NCBI GenBank assembly: GCA_965204725.1
Contig: OZ242005.1
Coordinates: 1,088,001-1,152,000, forward strand
DNA from: Candidatus Latescibacterota bacterium
GTDB taxonomy: Bacteria > Latescibacterota > UBA2968 > UBA8231
DNA length: 64,000 nucleotides
Direction of reading: 5' to 3'
A program made the position numbers and the translations under genes. Below, piece by piece: positions 1 to 10,161 of the stretch (position 1 is its first letter; each line of letters begins with the position of its first letter). Under the pieces are notes generated by a model that was not told where the DNA came from, did no database searches, and worked only from the letters and a program-made list of their open reading frames with translations.

Positions 1-175
1 GCTCAACTGGGATAGCATTGAGCTGGAACGCGACGGCCGTGCCGAGGTCATTGACCTCAAGGCTTGTGTCGGCAGGGAGACGGCGGCTTATTATAACGAG
101 GCCCTAGACGCGGCGTCGAGCGTCGAGGATTTGCTCGCCCGATTGGGTCAAAACCCAAAGGAGGTGTCACCATGA
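1..175 (+). CDS. dop: 3' end of Dop/PafA2-family deamidase (partial, cut by window edge)
   Basis: Frame 2 reads LNWDSIELERDGRAEVIDLK...LDAASSVEDLLARLG..., like Dop C-termini; the TGA overlaps the UBact ATG (ATGA); operon context. Confidence 0.7.
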   Translation, partial: LNWDSIELERDGRAEVIDLKACVGRETAAYYNEALDAASSVEDLLARLGQNPKEVSP

Positions 176-360
176 GCGATTTTATTGACTACCGGGAGCG
201 CGCCCCCCGGCCGACCAAGCCGCTAGACGACGGCGAAGGCCCCGATACCGGCCCGCGCCGCCCGCGGGTTGAGCGCCCCAGCACAGACGACATCCTCAAG
301 CGGATGCGCCGAGTCGATCCGAATCAGGCCCGCCGCTATCGCCAGCGCACCGGCCAGTAG
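172..360 (+). CDS. ubact: UBact, Pup-analogous ubiquitin-like modifier
   Basis: 62 aa, P/R/D-rich, ends LKRMRRVDPNQARRYRQRTGQ (R[ST]G[EQ] end); RBS AAGGAGGT at 158-165; lies between dop and prcB. Confidence 0.9.
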   Translation: MSDFIDYRERAPRPTKPLDDGEGPDTGPRRPRVERPSTDDILKRMRRVDPNQARRYRQRTGQ

Positions 361-366
361 CTGCCG

Positions 367-1125
367 ATGGAAAGCTGCGACTTCCTCGACTTGCTCAAGG
401 AGCGGGGGCTTTTGCCCACGGCCCCGGCCGCCGCTCCAGAAGGGTCTTTGCAGCCGGTCGAGGGCACCACGATTGTAGCGGTGCGTTGCGCCGACGGGGT
501 GGTGGTCGCCGGCGACCGCCGCGCCACCATGGGCCACTCAGTGGTGTACGACCGCGCCGACAAAGTGCTGATTATCGACGACGAAGCGGTCATGGCCATT
601 GCCGGCTCGCCCGCGGTGGCGTGGGACATTGCGCGGATGCTGGAAATGTCGGTGCAATATCATCGCCGCAGCCAATTGCAAGGGCTGAGCTTGGACGGCA
701 AAGTGCGAATTTTGTCGCGGCTGTTGCGCCAGAATTTGCCGCTGGCCATGCAGGGGATTGGCGCGGTGGTGCCGATCTTTGCGGCCTTTGATCACGGGTC
801 CGCAAAGGGCAAAATTTTCTTTTACGACCTCTTGGGGGCCGAGTTTGAGTGTGTAGATTTTTGCGCCACCGGGTCGGGTGCCCACATCGTGCGCGGCGCC
901 CTGTACTACCAAAACCGCTGGGGGCCGCAGCCGCTGCGGGAAATGGCCGGGGAGCAGGCGGTCGAACTGGTGCTCAAGATGCTGGAGACCGCCGCTGAAT
1001 ACGACACCGCGACCGGCGGCTTCCGCGAGGCTGCCCACGTCTTTCCCCAAGTCGTGCAGGTGACGGCCGAGGGCTTGAGCATCGTGCCCGACGCGGATTT
1101 GGCTGCGCTCTACCAAAGGACTTGA
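367..1125 (+). CDS. prcB: 20S proteasome beta subunit
   Basis: Propeptide followed by EG|TTIVA (catalytic Thr1), AGDRRATMG, GSG and DTATGG motifs. Confidence 0.92.
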   Translation: MESCDFLDLLKERGLLPTAPAAAPEGSLQPVEGTTIVAVRCADGVVVAGDRRATMGHSVVYDRADKVLIIDDEAVMAIAGSPAVAWDIARMLEMSVQYHRRSQLQGLSLDGKVRILSRLLRQNLPLAMQGIGAVVPIFAAFDHGSAKGKIFFYDLLGAEFECVDFCATGSGAHIVRGALYYQNRWGPQPLREMAGEQAVELVLKMLETAAEYDTATGGFREAAHVFPQVVQVTAEGLSIVPDADLAALYQRT

Positions 1126-1130
1126 GGGGC

Positions 1131-1883
1131 ATGTTAGAGGAACCTTATCGCTGGGTCGAGGCCATCAACAACCGCCGCGAATACGTGGAAGACCAACTCG
1201 CCGGCGGCAGTCCAGTGGTGGGTACGACCTACTCCGACGGGGTGCTGCTGCTGACGGCTACCCCAGGCCCGCGCAAGCTCTTTGAGGTGTACGACGAGAT
1301 CGCCTTTGCGGCCGTGGGGCATCCGGCCGACATCGAGAAGCTGCGCAAAGCCGTCATCGACATCGCCCATGTCGAGGGATTCAACCTGTCGGCCAACGAT
1401 GTGGCCTTGCAGCGATTGGTCAGCTTTGGCATCGGCCCGCTGATGAAGATGGCTTTCGACGAGATTTTCCGCTCGCCCTTTATCGCCCGCGTGCTGATGG
1501 CCGAGCTCGACCCGGATGGCGGCGACGTCTTTTTCACCATTGACGCCGATGGGGCCTTTGCCCAGCGCGGTGGGGCCGCGGCCATTAGCGGCAACGCCGA
1601 GAGCGCCGAGGCCATGATGGCCCAACTGCAAGCTGTTAGCCCCAAGCTCCCCCTCGACCAAGCCTTGGGCACGGCCTTGGAGGTCTGGGGGTTGGGCCGA
1701 TTGACTCTCGAGGCCCGCGATGTCCCCAGCTCAGAGGCGGTGCGCGATTTTCTAAAGGGCGGTTTGCAAGGGCTGACCCTTGAGGCCGCAGTGCTCGACC
1801 GCGAGCGCGCTGCCAAGTCCAAGTTCCGCCTGCTCACCCCGGACCAACTAACCGAGCCGCTCGCTTCCTACTTCAAGGTCTAA
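1131..1883 (+). CDS. prcA: 20S proteasome alpha subunit
   Basis: RREYVEDQLAGGSPVV, RKLFEVYDEIAFAAVG and LEAAVLDR...KFR motifs; ATG 1131 chosen over TTG 1122. Confidence 0.88.
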   Translation: MLEEPYRWVEAINNRREYVEDQLAGGSPVVGTTYSDGVLLLTATPGPRKLFEVYDEIAFAAVGHPADIEKLRKAVIDIAHVEGFNLSANDVALQRLVSFGIGPLMKMAFDEIFRSPFIARVLMAELDPDGGDVFFTIDADGAFAQRGGAAAISGNAESAEAMMAQLQAVSPKLPLDQALGTALEVWGLGRLTLEARDVPSSEAVRDFLKGGLQGLTLEAAVLDRERAAKSKFRLLTPDQLTEPLASYFKV

Positions 1884-1893
1884 AAGGTCTAGT

Positions 1894-3327
1894 ATGGAAG
1901 GTCGCATCTATGGGTTGGAAACCGAGTACGGTTGCCTACCGCCGGCTTCGGATCCCTTTCTGAGTCCCGATTTTGTGTCGATAAAGGCCAAGGACTACGC
2001 GTTCTACCGCGAGCACTTGGGCATTATCGACACGCACTATCGGGGCCGCGACGAACCGCCCGGCAATGGCGGCTTCCTCTTCAACGGCGGACGCCTGTAC
2101 ATCGACATGGGCCACCTAGAGTACGCCACGCCAGAATGCACCGGGCTGTTTGATTTGGTGGCGGCCGACCGGGCGGGCGAGCAGTTGGTGCAGCGCGCGC
2201 TAGAGCAGCTTGGCTTGGCCGATAGCGCGGCCTTCTTCAAGAACAATATCGACCACTACACCGGGGCTACTTTTGGCTGCCACGAAAACTACCTCGTGCG
2301 GCGGGAGGTGCCGTTTTCGCAAGTGCTGTTGCCGACCATGCTGCCCTTTTTCGTCACCCGCCAGATATTCGCCGGCGCCGGTCGCGTCGGTTGCCACACC
2401 GATATCTTCGAGTACAGCAGTGCCGAGGACGAAGGCGTTGATTTCCAGCTCTCCCAGCGGGCCGACCACATCGTCACCGAGATATACCAGTGGATCCAGT
2501 TCAGTCGAGCGATCATCAACACGCGCGACGAGCCGCTGGCCGATTGGGGGCTGTACCGCCGCTTGCACCTGCTGGTGGGCGACTCGAATATGATGGAGTA
2601 CGCCACGGCCCTGAAGGTGGGGACCACGGCCTTGGTGTTGCAGCTTTTGGAAGAGCAAGAGCGCGTAATCTGCGACGATATCAAGCTCCTCGATCCGGTA
2701 CAGGCCATCCGCGACATTTCGCGCGACATGACCTATCGCTGGGAAGTGCAGCTAGAGGACGGCCGCTACACCACGGCTACGGAGATACAACGCACGTACC
2801 TCGACTTGGCCGAGCGCTATCTACGCGGCCGGGACGAAGAGGGCGACTGGGTGTTGGACGAGTGGCGTTTTGTCATTGACGCTTTAGAACACGATCCGGG
2901 GTGTTTGGTCGATCGCGTTGATTGGGTCGCCAAGAAGTGGCTGTTGGAGTACTTCATGCGGGAAGAGGGGCTGGACTGGCAGGATACTTGGATCCAAAGT
3001 TTGGATTTGGAATACCACAATCTCAACGCGGCGCGTAGCCTCTATTTCGACCTGTACGAGCGCGGGATGGTCAAGCGCGTCGTTGACGAGCAGATCAACC
3101 AAGCCATCACGCATCCCCCGGCCAATACCCGCGCTTGCGCTCGCTCCCGAGTGATGAGGGCGCTGACCGACCAAAAGACGCACTCTCAACGCTACCAAAT
3201 TGATTGGGACTCCATTTGCGTGGGCGACGATAAGTTCCTCAGCCTCGACGACCCCTTTCTCACCTACGGCCGCGAAGCCGAAGCCTTCATCGGCGAGTGC
3301 CGACAGACGCCGGTCGATACGTTTTGA
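1894..3327 (+). CDS. pafA: PafA-family Pup/UBact-protein ligase
   Basis: GLETEYG, FLFNGGRLYID-GH-EYATPEC, GCHENY, SQRADH, RDEPLAD, RRLHLLVGDSNM and DLEYH motifs. Confidence 0.9.
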   Translation: MEGRIYGLETEYGCLPPASDPFLSPDFVSIKAKDYAFYREHLGIIDTHYRGRDEPPGNGGFLFNGGRLYIDMGHLEYATPECTGLFDLVAADRAGEQLVQRALEQLGLADSAAFFKNNIDHYTGATFGCHENYLVRREVPFSQVLLPTMLPFFVTRQIFAGAGRVGCHTDIFEYSSAEDEGVDFQLSQRADHIVTEIYQWIQFSRAIINTRDEPLADWGLYRRLHLLVGDSNMMEYATALKVGTTALVLQLLEEQERVICDDIKLLDPVQAIRDISRDMTYRWEVQLEDGRYTTATEIQRTYLDLAERYLRGRDEEGDWVLDEWRFVIDALEHDPGCLVDRVDWVAKKWLLEYFMREEGLDWQDTWIQSLDLEYHNLNAARSLYFDLYERGMVKRVVDEQINQAITHPPANTRACARSRVMRALTDQKTHSQRYQIDWDSICVGDDKFLSLDDPFLTYGREAEAFIGECRQTPVDTF

Positions 3328-3328
3328 T

Positions 3329-3361
3329 GGCTGGGCCGCTCGGAACGCGGGCGTCCCAGCC
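3329..3361. repeat. REP-like hairpin
   Basis: ggctggg...cccagcc stem right after the pafA stop; its core ggaacgcgggcgtccc resembles ggatcgagggcgtccc at ~60782. Confidence 0.45.
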
Positions 3362-3396
3362 GCTCATGTCGTTCTTGCGGAGGCAGGCATACACAG

Positions 3397-4446
3397 ATGA
3401 ATCTGCTCGTCGAAGGCGACAATATCGCTGGCTTGAGCTATCTCTTGCAAGAGAGGAAGCTCCAAGAAAAAATAGACTTAGTGTACATTGACCCCCCCTT
3501 CGCTACCGGCGGCAATTTCACCATTACCGAAGATCGTGCGGCGACGATTAGCAATTCAAAGCGCGGTTCCGTCGCCTATTCTGATCGATTAATGGGTTCT
3601 GAATTTGTCGAGTTTTTGCGCCAAAGGTTGCTCTTGCTAAGGGAGCTTTTATCTGCGAGCGGTTCAATTTACTTGCATACCGACTACAAAATCGGCCATT
3701 ACATCAAAGTTATGATGGATGAAGTGTTTGGCATGGATAACTTTCGCAACGACATAACGAGGGTAAAATGCAATCCCAAGAACTTTAAGAGAACCGGCTA
3801 TGGGAACGTGAAAGACTTGATCCTCTTTTACAGCAAATCGTCGCATCCTATATGGAATGAACCCCAAGAAAAATACTCGGCGAGCGATATAGAGCGGCTA
3901 TTTCCAAAGACGGACCAACGGGGACGGCGCTATACTACGGTGCCGATTCACGCGCCGGGCGAGACGGAACGCGGAAAATCCAATCAGCCGTTTAGAGGTA
4001 TGATGCCGCCAAAGGGCCGCCATTGGCGAACCGACGTCGAGACGCTGGAGCGGTGGGACAGAGACGGCCTGATAGAATGGTCGGCAACGGGCAACCCGAG
4101 AAAAGTTGTATTTGCAGACGAAAGAGAGGGTAAGAGGGTACAAGACATTTGGGACTATAAAGACCCTCAATACCCAGTGTACCCAACGGAGAAAAATGCT
4201 GACTTATTGGACTTGATTATTCGCACCTCGTCCAATCCGGGCAGCATGGTCTTGGACTGTTTCTGTGGGTCGGGGACGACGTTAAAAGCGGCGCAACGGC
4301 TCAACAGAAACTGGATCGGCATGGACCAATCGGAACACGCCATTAGAGCAACTAGGGAAAAACTTGGGGACGGCGAAGGCGACTTTTTTGCGAGCAAGCC
4401 TGCGTACGAGTTTCTGAAGCTCGCTGCCTGTTCTCAAGAGAGATAA
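3397..4446 (+). CDS. Site-specific DNA methyltransferase (N6A/N4C, beta class)
   Basis: YIDPPF catalytic motif, YPTEK, VLDCFCGSGTT SAM-binding motif; lower GC than the backbone. Confidence 0.9.
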   Translation: MNLLVEGDNIAGLSYLLQERKLQEKIDLVYIDPPFATGGNFTITEDRAATISNSKRGSVAYSDRLMGSEFVEFLRQRLLLLRELLSASGSIYLHTDYKIGHYIKVMMDEVFGMDNFRNDITRVKCNPKNFKRTGYGNVKDLILFYSKSSHPIWNEPQEKYSASDIERLFPKTDQRGRRYTTVPIHAPGETERGKSNQPFRGMMPPKGRHWRTDVETLERWDRDGLIEWSATGNPRKVVFADEREGKRVQDIWDYKDPQYPVYPTEKNADLLDLIIRTSSNPGSMVLDCFCGSGTTLKAAQRLNRNWIGMDQSEHAIRATREKLGDGEGDFFASKPAYEFLKLAACSQER

Positions 4447-4449
4447 CGC

Positions 4450-5751
4450 ATGAGTGCTGTTAGTTGCTTCGACGCATTGCGGAAAGCATTGGGTGCCGAT
4501 TTGGATTTTCACGGTACAGACGGCAAGTATGCCTCGCATGGTTGGCATCCGTTCCCCGCCAAGTTTCCGCCGCAATTACCCCAATTTTTCATTGAGCATC
4601 TTTCGGATGTAGAAGATGTAGTTCTCGATCCGATGCTTGGTTCGGGGACGACGCTGGTGGAAGCTATGCGGCTGGGACGGCGCGTCATCGGTTGCGATAT
4701 CGATCCGTTGGCACGCATGATTGCCGCGACCAAGCTGGCTCCTATCGAAGCAGTAAAAACCCTGCAAACTGGATATAGGATTATCGACGCGGCCAAGCGC
4801 GACTATTGGCAAAACCGCGATGCGCTGGAACGGGAGTTGAGTCTGCGCTTCGACGAAAAAACTAGGGAGTTTATCAACTATTGGTTTCTGCCACAGCAGC
4901 AGTTGGAGTTAATCGCGCTTTTGCAGCACATTGAATCCCTGCCCGTGCATTCGCAGGAAAGGATACGAGATTTTCTCAAGATCGTTTTTTCTTCGACGAT
5001 CATTGCCAAATCCGGGGGGGTTTCGCTCGCGCGCGATCTGGCACACACGCGCCCCCACAGGGATACCGACAAAACCCCCAACTCGGCGTTTGCCGAATTT
5101 GCCAAGCGGTTGGAACGCAACCTCGCCGCGTACGATAGAGGCCGCTTGAAGTCCCAGACAACGGGTGCGCCTTTTCAGATTCGAGCGGCTAGCGCGGAAA
5201 AGACCGGGTTGGAAACGGCGAGCGTTGATTTGATTGTGACTTCGCCGCCTTATGCCAACAATGCGATTGACTACATGCGGGCGCACAAGTTTTCGCTGGT
5301 GTGGTTTGGCTGGAAAATAGCCGACCTAACCAAAATTCGCGCCCAGTACTTGGGACATGATGCCGCATCCGGCGAGGCGGGCGATCCCCTGCCGGAGCAA
5401 TGCGAAAAAACACTGGCCAAGCTGACGGAGCTCGATTCAAAAAAGGCAGTAGCTTTGCGCCGATATTTCGGCGAAATGTCCGCCGTGATTGCGGAGATGC
5501 AGCGGGTTTTGAAAAAAGGCAAGGCGGCCGTGATTGTCGTCGGCACCTCGCACTTGCGAGGCCTAGATGTCGAGACGCAAAAGGGGCTCGCCGCCATTGG
5601 CAAAAGCGTCGGTTTTGACTTAGCCGGAATCGGCGTCCGCCGTTTGGACCGCGATAAGCGCATGATGCCGGCGCGCTGGGGCACTAAGCGACACTCGCAG
5701 ATTGAAGAACGGATGCACGAAGAGTATGTGATTGGATTGGTGAAATCGTAA
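4450..5751 (+). CDS. DNA N4-cytosine methyltransferase
   Basis: HPFPAKF, VLDPMLGSGTT, TSPPY motifs. Confidence 0.88.
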   Translation: MSAVSCFDALRKALGADLDFHGTDGKYASHGWHPFPAKFPPQLPQFFIEHLSDVEDVVLDPMLGSGTTLVEAMRLGRRVIGCDIDPLARMIAATKLAPIEAVKTLQTGYRIIDAAKRDYWQNRDALERELSLRFDEKTREFINYWFLPQQQLELIALLQHIESLPVHSQERIRDFLKIVFSSTIIAKSGGVSLARDLAHTRPHRDTDKTPNSAFAEFAKRLERNLAAYDRGRLKSQTTGAPFQIRAASAEKTGLETASVDLIVTSPPYANNAIDYMRAHKFSLVWFGWKIADLTKIRAQYLGHDAASGEAGDPLPEQCEKTLAKLTELDSKKAVALRRYFGEMSAVIAEMQRVLKKGKAAVIVVGTSHLRGLDVETQKGLAAIGKSVGFDLAGIGVRRLDRDKRMMPARWGTKRHSQIEERMHEEYVIGLVKS

Positions 5752-5889
5752 TGTCGGAGAAAATCGAAGAGTTGAGACGTGGCTATCATCGCCGAATTTG
5801 CGACGAGGTATTGCGAGTTGTTGGATACGCTGGTTTGCGGTCGCCGCTTGCGCGACATCAGCGATTTGCCGTTTGATTTGGCGATTTGA
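5751..5889 (+). pseudogene. Internally deleted NgoMIV-family restriction endonuclease remnant
   Basis: ATG overlapping the MTase stop gives MSEKIEELRRGYHRRICDEVL; a different frame gives ELLDTLVCGRRLRDISDLPFDLAI*, resembling NgoMIV-family C-termini; only 139 bp long. Confidence 0.7.
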
Positions 5890-5898
5890 GCATCCCTC

Positions 5899-8800
5899 AT
5901 GCCGCTGCGGTTGTTCCTTTTTCTCGTTTTCGTTCTTCCATCCCAAGCCCTAGCAGCCGAGTTTGCCTGCGCGGCGTTGAAGTCGGCGGCGCAGCCGGTT
6001 GCACCGGCGCCGGAGCATCTAAGCGCGTTGGTTATCTTCGCGCAGTTTGCAGACGAGCGGGCCGGCGACTCAGCCCCCTCGTGGGCGGATGACCTTTTCG
6101 ACGCTGAGTTGCCCGGCAGCTTTGCCCACTTCTACCGCGAGATGTCGGCCGGCCAGCTCCACGTGGGGGGCCAAGTGTTGCCGCGGCGCTATCGCTCGCG
6201 TGCGGCCGCAGCGGCCTATTTGGCCGAGACCGCCGGGGCCTTGGGCCAGTTTGGCCGCTTCAATCTGGAGATTCTCACGGCCGCCGACGCCGACGTTGAC
6301 TTAGGGCTTTTGACAACGATGGCCCCGACGGAGTGCCCAACTCCGGCGACGACGACGGGTACGTCGATATCGTCTTTATCAACCTGCATACCTCGCCCCG
6401 CGACTTTTTTCTCGGCGTGGCCACGGGCATCGCCAGTCTGGGGCTAGACACCGATTACATCAGCGACGACTCAGCGGCCGGCGGCGGCTTTGTGCGAGTG
6501 CGGAGCCGCTTTGAAGGTTTTAGCGGGACTACGCAGCGAGGCCACACCTTCGGCATCACGGCCTCGACGATGTGCCACGAGTTCGCGCATGTGTTGGGCT
6601 TGCCCGATCTCTTCGATCAGACCGCGTTGACCGTGGCCGAGTTGGACCCGGAGGACGATTCAGCCGGCATTGGCAAGTGGGGGATCATGGGCCGAGGGAC
6701 GCTGGGTTGGACCGTGGCCGATGGGCCTAACGCGTTTTCAGCGTGGTCGCTGGCGACCCTCGGTTGGGTGGAGGTGGTGGAAGTGCAAGGGAGCGTTGAG
6801 GGGCTGGAGATCGGGGATATCTTCAGCGACCGGAAGGCGTACAAAATTCCCCTGACCCAAGACGAGTACTTCCTGCTGGAGCACCGGCGCGCCAACGGCT
6901 CATACTACAACCGCAATATCCCGCAAGACGGCCTGCTCGTTTGGCACATAGACGAACGGGCCGACAACGACGAGGAACGCCACAAACGGGTCGATTTAGT
7001 CTGCGCCGATGGGCTTTTTGCCGACCGGGGTTTTCCCAACGGCACCCCCGACCCAGTGGAAGGCCGCGACAACCTCGACTTTTGGTCGCGGGACGGGGCG
7101 TATTCCTCGGCGCACAATGGCAATGAGGGCGACGCGACCGACCCTTTTGACGGCGTTCGCTTTCGCCGCTTTGCTTGGGACACCAATCCGGCCCTCAGCG
7201 GGTACACGGGCTTTGCGCGGAACTTGCCGTTGGGCGTGGCCATCGACAACATCCGCCCGCACGGCGGCGCGATGGTCGTCGATGTGGTCCGGTCGCAACG
7301 CGCCGGGCACATTGTCGGCGATGCGACGTGGACGGGCCGGGTGGATTTGGACGGAGACGTGGTCGTGACGCCGGGCGCAACCCTGACCATTGAAGCCGGT
7401 GCGGAGATCCGCTTGGCCCGCGGCGATGTACAGGGCACGGGGTTTGATCCCGACCGCAGCGAGTTGATCGTCTATGGCGATCTCAAAATCGGGGAAGGAG
7501 CCTCTTTTGCGTCGAGTGCGCCGCGCACTGGTCCGTTGGATTGGTCGGGCATTTACCTGCTCGACGGCCAAGCGGTCAATCCCGCGGCCTTCGCGATCGA
7601 CCACGCCCATCGCGGGATCGTCGGTTTCCGGCTTCCCCCGGGCCGGACTCAGTGGCTGGGCGAGCGGGCCGTGCATGCGGATTTGCTGGTGCCGGTCGGG
7701 TCCGAACTACACATTGGCCCGAGCACCGTGTCTTTTGCCCGCTTTGATCTCGGCCGGCGCGGCGCGTCCGCAGACTTCACCGAGCTGATCGTGGAAGGCG
7801 CGTTGACGATTGCAGGGATGGCCGGGCAGCGGGCGCAGCTAACGACCGATCCCGGGCCGGACAACGATGGCTTGTGGCATGGCATTCGCGTGCGGCCGGG
7901 GGGCCGAGTCGAGGTGCAGCACGCCGAGCTAACGCGCACGGCTTTTGCCTTTGCCGGCGAGATCGACGAGGAGACGATCCTGCGCATCGCCGACTCCGCG
8001 GTGCGCGAAAGCGGCGGCAACGGCCTGCGGCTGACGCTCAATGGCCGAGCGCAGGTAGATCGGAGTGAGTTTACCACCATTGCCGGCCCGGCCGTGCTCG
8101 TCGCCGGCCGCGGCCAACTCGCGTTGTACAACACCACCATTGAGGGCAACGGCCAAGAGGGTATTCTGCTCAATAACGCATCCTTAGAGGCCATTCGCGT
8201 CGCCGTAATCGACAACGGTCGCCTCAACCCGGACGCCCCACGGGCTGGGGTGCGGGCCTTGGGCGGTCGCGGCCAACGCATTGAGATGTGGAAGTCGCAG
8301 ATTGAACAAAACACCGCGCACGGCATGGACTTGGAGGCGTGGCTGGGGGAAGTGGAATTGAACGACAGCCGCCTCGTCGGCAACCAAGGCGATGGATTGC
8401 GGGCCGAGGGCGCGGCGCGTTTGGTCCTTGCGGATGTGTTAGTCGAGCGCAACTTGCGCGCCGGAGCCGAAATCGCCGGGTCGGTGGTGGAGATATGGAA
8501 TTCGACGTTCAGGGCGCATATTGACGCGGGGCTGCGCTTGGGGCCGGGGACGCGGGGTTTGATTGAGCAGAGCACGTTTGTCGGGGGTCGGGGTTTGGAG
8601 CTAACCGGCGTGGAGTCGCTGGAGATTCGCGCCAGCGAGTTTGTCCGCGGGACGCCGGCGCTTCAATCCGTAGATGCTGCGCCGCATATCGTCGGCAACC
8701 GCTTTGCGGACAATACCGTCGCCATCCGGGTCGAAGGCCCTCGGGTGCCGATGGCGGTCCGCGACAACACCTTTGCCAACAACGCCACGGCCCTTGAGAA

Positions 8801-9221
8801 CCGAAGTGCCGACGCGCTCGACGCCCAAGGCAACTACTGGAGCGCGGCCGACAGCGCGGCCATTGCCGCACAGATTGAGGGCGCGGTGGCGTGGGTGCCG
8901 TTTTACTCGGGCGAAGGGGGGGCCAAGGCGGTGGCCCTGCCCGCCGACTTCGCGCTGCATCCGGCCTATCCCAACCCCTTCAACGCCGAGGTCGCGCTGT
9001 CGTTTGACCTGCCAAAGGCCGCGGCGGTCGCGCTGGTGCTCTACGATGCGTTGGGCCAGCCCGTGCGCCATCTCGTAGATGGGCCGTTAGCGGCTGGCCG
9101 CTACCAATTCGCTTGGGACGGCCGCGACCGACGCGGGAGAGCAGTGGCTTCGGGGATTTATTTTTATCGCTTGGTAGCGGATTCGTTTGTCGCGGTGGGC
9201 CGCTTGGCCTTGGTGCGCTGA
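5899..9221 (+). CDS. Secreted M6 (immune inhibitor A-like) metalloprotease with beta-helix and FlgD/T9SS-like C-terminal domain; frameshift at ~6308-6311
   Basis: Signal peptide, HEFAHVLGLPD zincin motif, YPNPFN...WDGRD...SGIYF C-terminus; ORFs 5899-6447 and 6333-9221 join with +1 base, by comparison with the paralog's DLGRFDNDGPDG. Confidence 0.85.
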
Positions 9222-9243
9222 GCGGTGGATGCTCTCATTATTC

Positions 9244-9272
9244 TTGACCCGTCTGCTGTCGAGTAGTAAATT
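9244..9272 (+). promoter_or_regulatory. Putative sigma70 promoter for the downstream structured RNA
   Basis: TTGACC-N17-TAAATT. Confidence 0.5.
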
Positions 9273-9278
9273 CATTCC

Positions 9279-9366
9279 TACGTTTGAACGTTTGAAGTCC
9301 TCCCCTGATGACAAGGGCCCAAGGGGCCCTCTCCGGTGACGGAGTAATCAGGGGGGGCATTTTTTT
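9279..9366 (+). ncRNA. Putative DUF3800-associated structured RNA (three-way junction)
   Basis: Outer stem 9299-9309/9347-9357, hairpins 9314-9330 and 9331-9344, then a T-tract; adjacent to the DUF3800 3' end. The 5' end is estimated from the promoter. Confidence 0.6.
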
Positions 9367-9384
9367 GTCCTGCTCCTACTCAGG

Positions 9385-10113
9385 TCATTCTCGCGCTCCG
9401 GTGCGAAAAATATCGAATTCGCTGCGGACCGCCGATTGGATTCGGTCGAGATAGCCTGTATCCCCTCTTTCCCACTTGCGAAACATCGCCCAGCAGCAAT
9501 AGTCCGCCAACTGCAAGCCGTAGTGTGAGCACGATACGTGGTGGAAGGTTCGGAGCCTTATGTCGCTTGAGAGCATTCGCGCCAACGTGCGCTGCACTAC
9601 GGTCTCGGCTGCGTGTCGCTTGCCGGTGAACGGCAGGGTGTCTGTAATGACGATGAATTTCTTTGAGCCGCTTTCGATTTCCTTGCGAATTACAAACCGG
9701 AGAAGGTAGCCCAGCATTTTCGGATAGAGACGACTTCCTTGTCGCAAAGAAGGCACTGCTTTGCGCTTTTCGACCACTATGCAGTCAATGTGCATCTCGT
9801 CGAGACGGGCAGAAATCAAGTCAAAAACGCGTTCTCGCACGTGTCGGTTGTCGTTGGCGCAGTGAAACGACTCCAAGTCGAGTCCGAATTCGAGGCACTC
9901 GTGCCGGTACTCATCCAGTGGACCCGTCACGGAAAATGGCCGCCGGAGGCTGACACTGGTCAAGACGAAGTAGCGGGACCCACTCGCACTGAAGTCGAAG
10001 TTTCCAGACTCGTCGAGAAAAATGTAGGCGCAGTGGTTCATACTTTGTTCATACTTTATAGGTTGTTCTGATCGGCTAGCAAATAAGTAAAAGGTGAATA
10101 GTGGATCGAACAT
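9385..10113 (-). CDS. DUF3800-family protein (RNase H-like fold)
   Basis: YIFLDESG N-terminal and GLQLADYCCWA C-terminal motifs; true start may be Met 10041. Confidence 0.8.
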   Translation of the reverse strand: MFDPLFTFYLFASRSEQPIKYEQSMNHCAYIFLDESGNFDFSASGSRYFVLTSVSLRRPFSVTGPLDEYRHECLEFGLDLESFHCANDNRHVRERVFDLISARLDEMHIDCIVVEKRKAVPSLRQGSRLYPKMLGYLLRFVIRKEIESGSKKFIVITDTLPFTGKRHAAETVVQRTLARMLSSDIRLRTFHHVSCSHYGLQLADYCCWAMFRKWERGDTGYLDRIQSAVRSEFDIFRTGARE

Positions 10114-10126
10114 ACTGATTTCGGCG

Positions 10127-10161
10127 TTGCTTTGTAGTATATTCGGATGTAGATTCCGAAT
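10127..10161 (+). promoter_or_regulatory. sigma70 promoter with overlapping palindrome; probably a leaderless mRNA
   Basis: TTGCTT-N17-TAGATT ending 6 nt before ATG 10162; attcgga-N7-tccgaat inverted repeat over the -10; no RBS. Confidence 0.5.
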
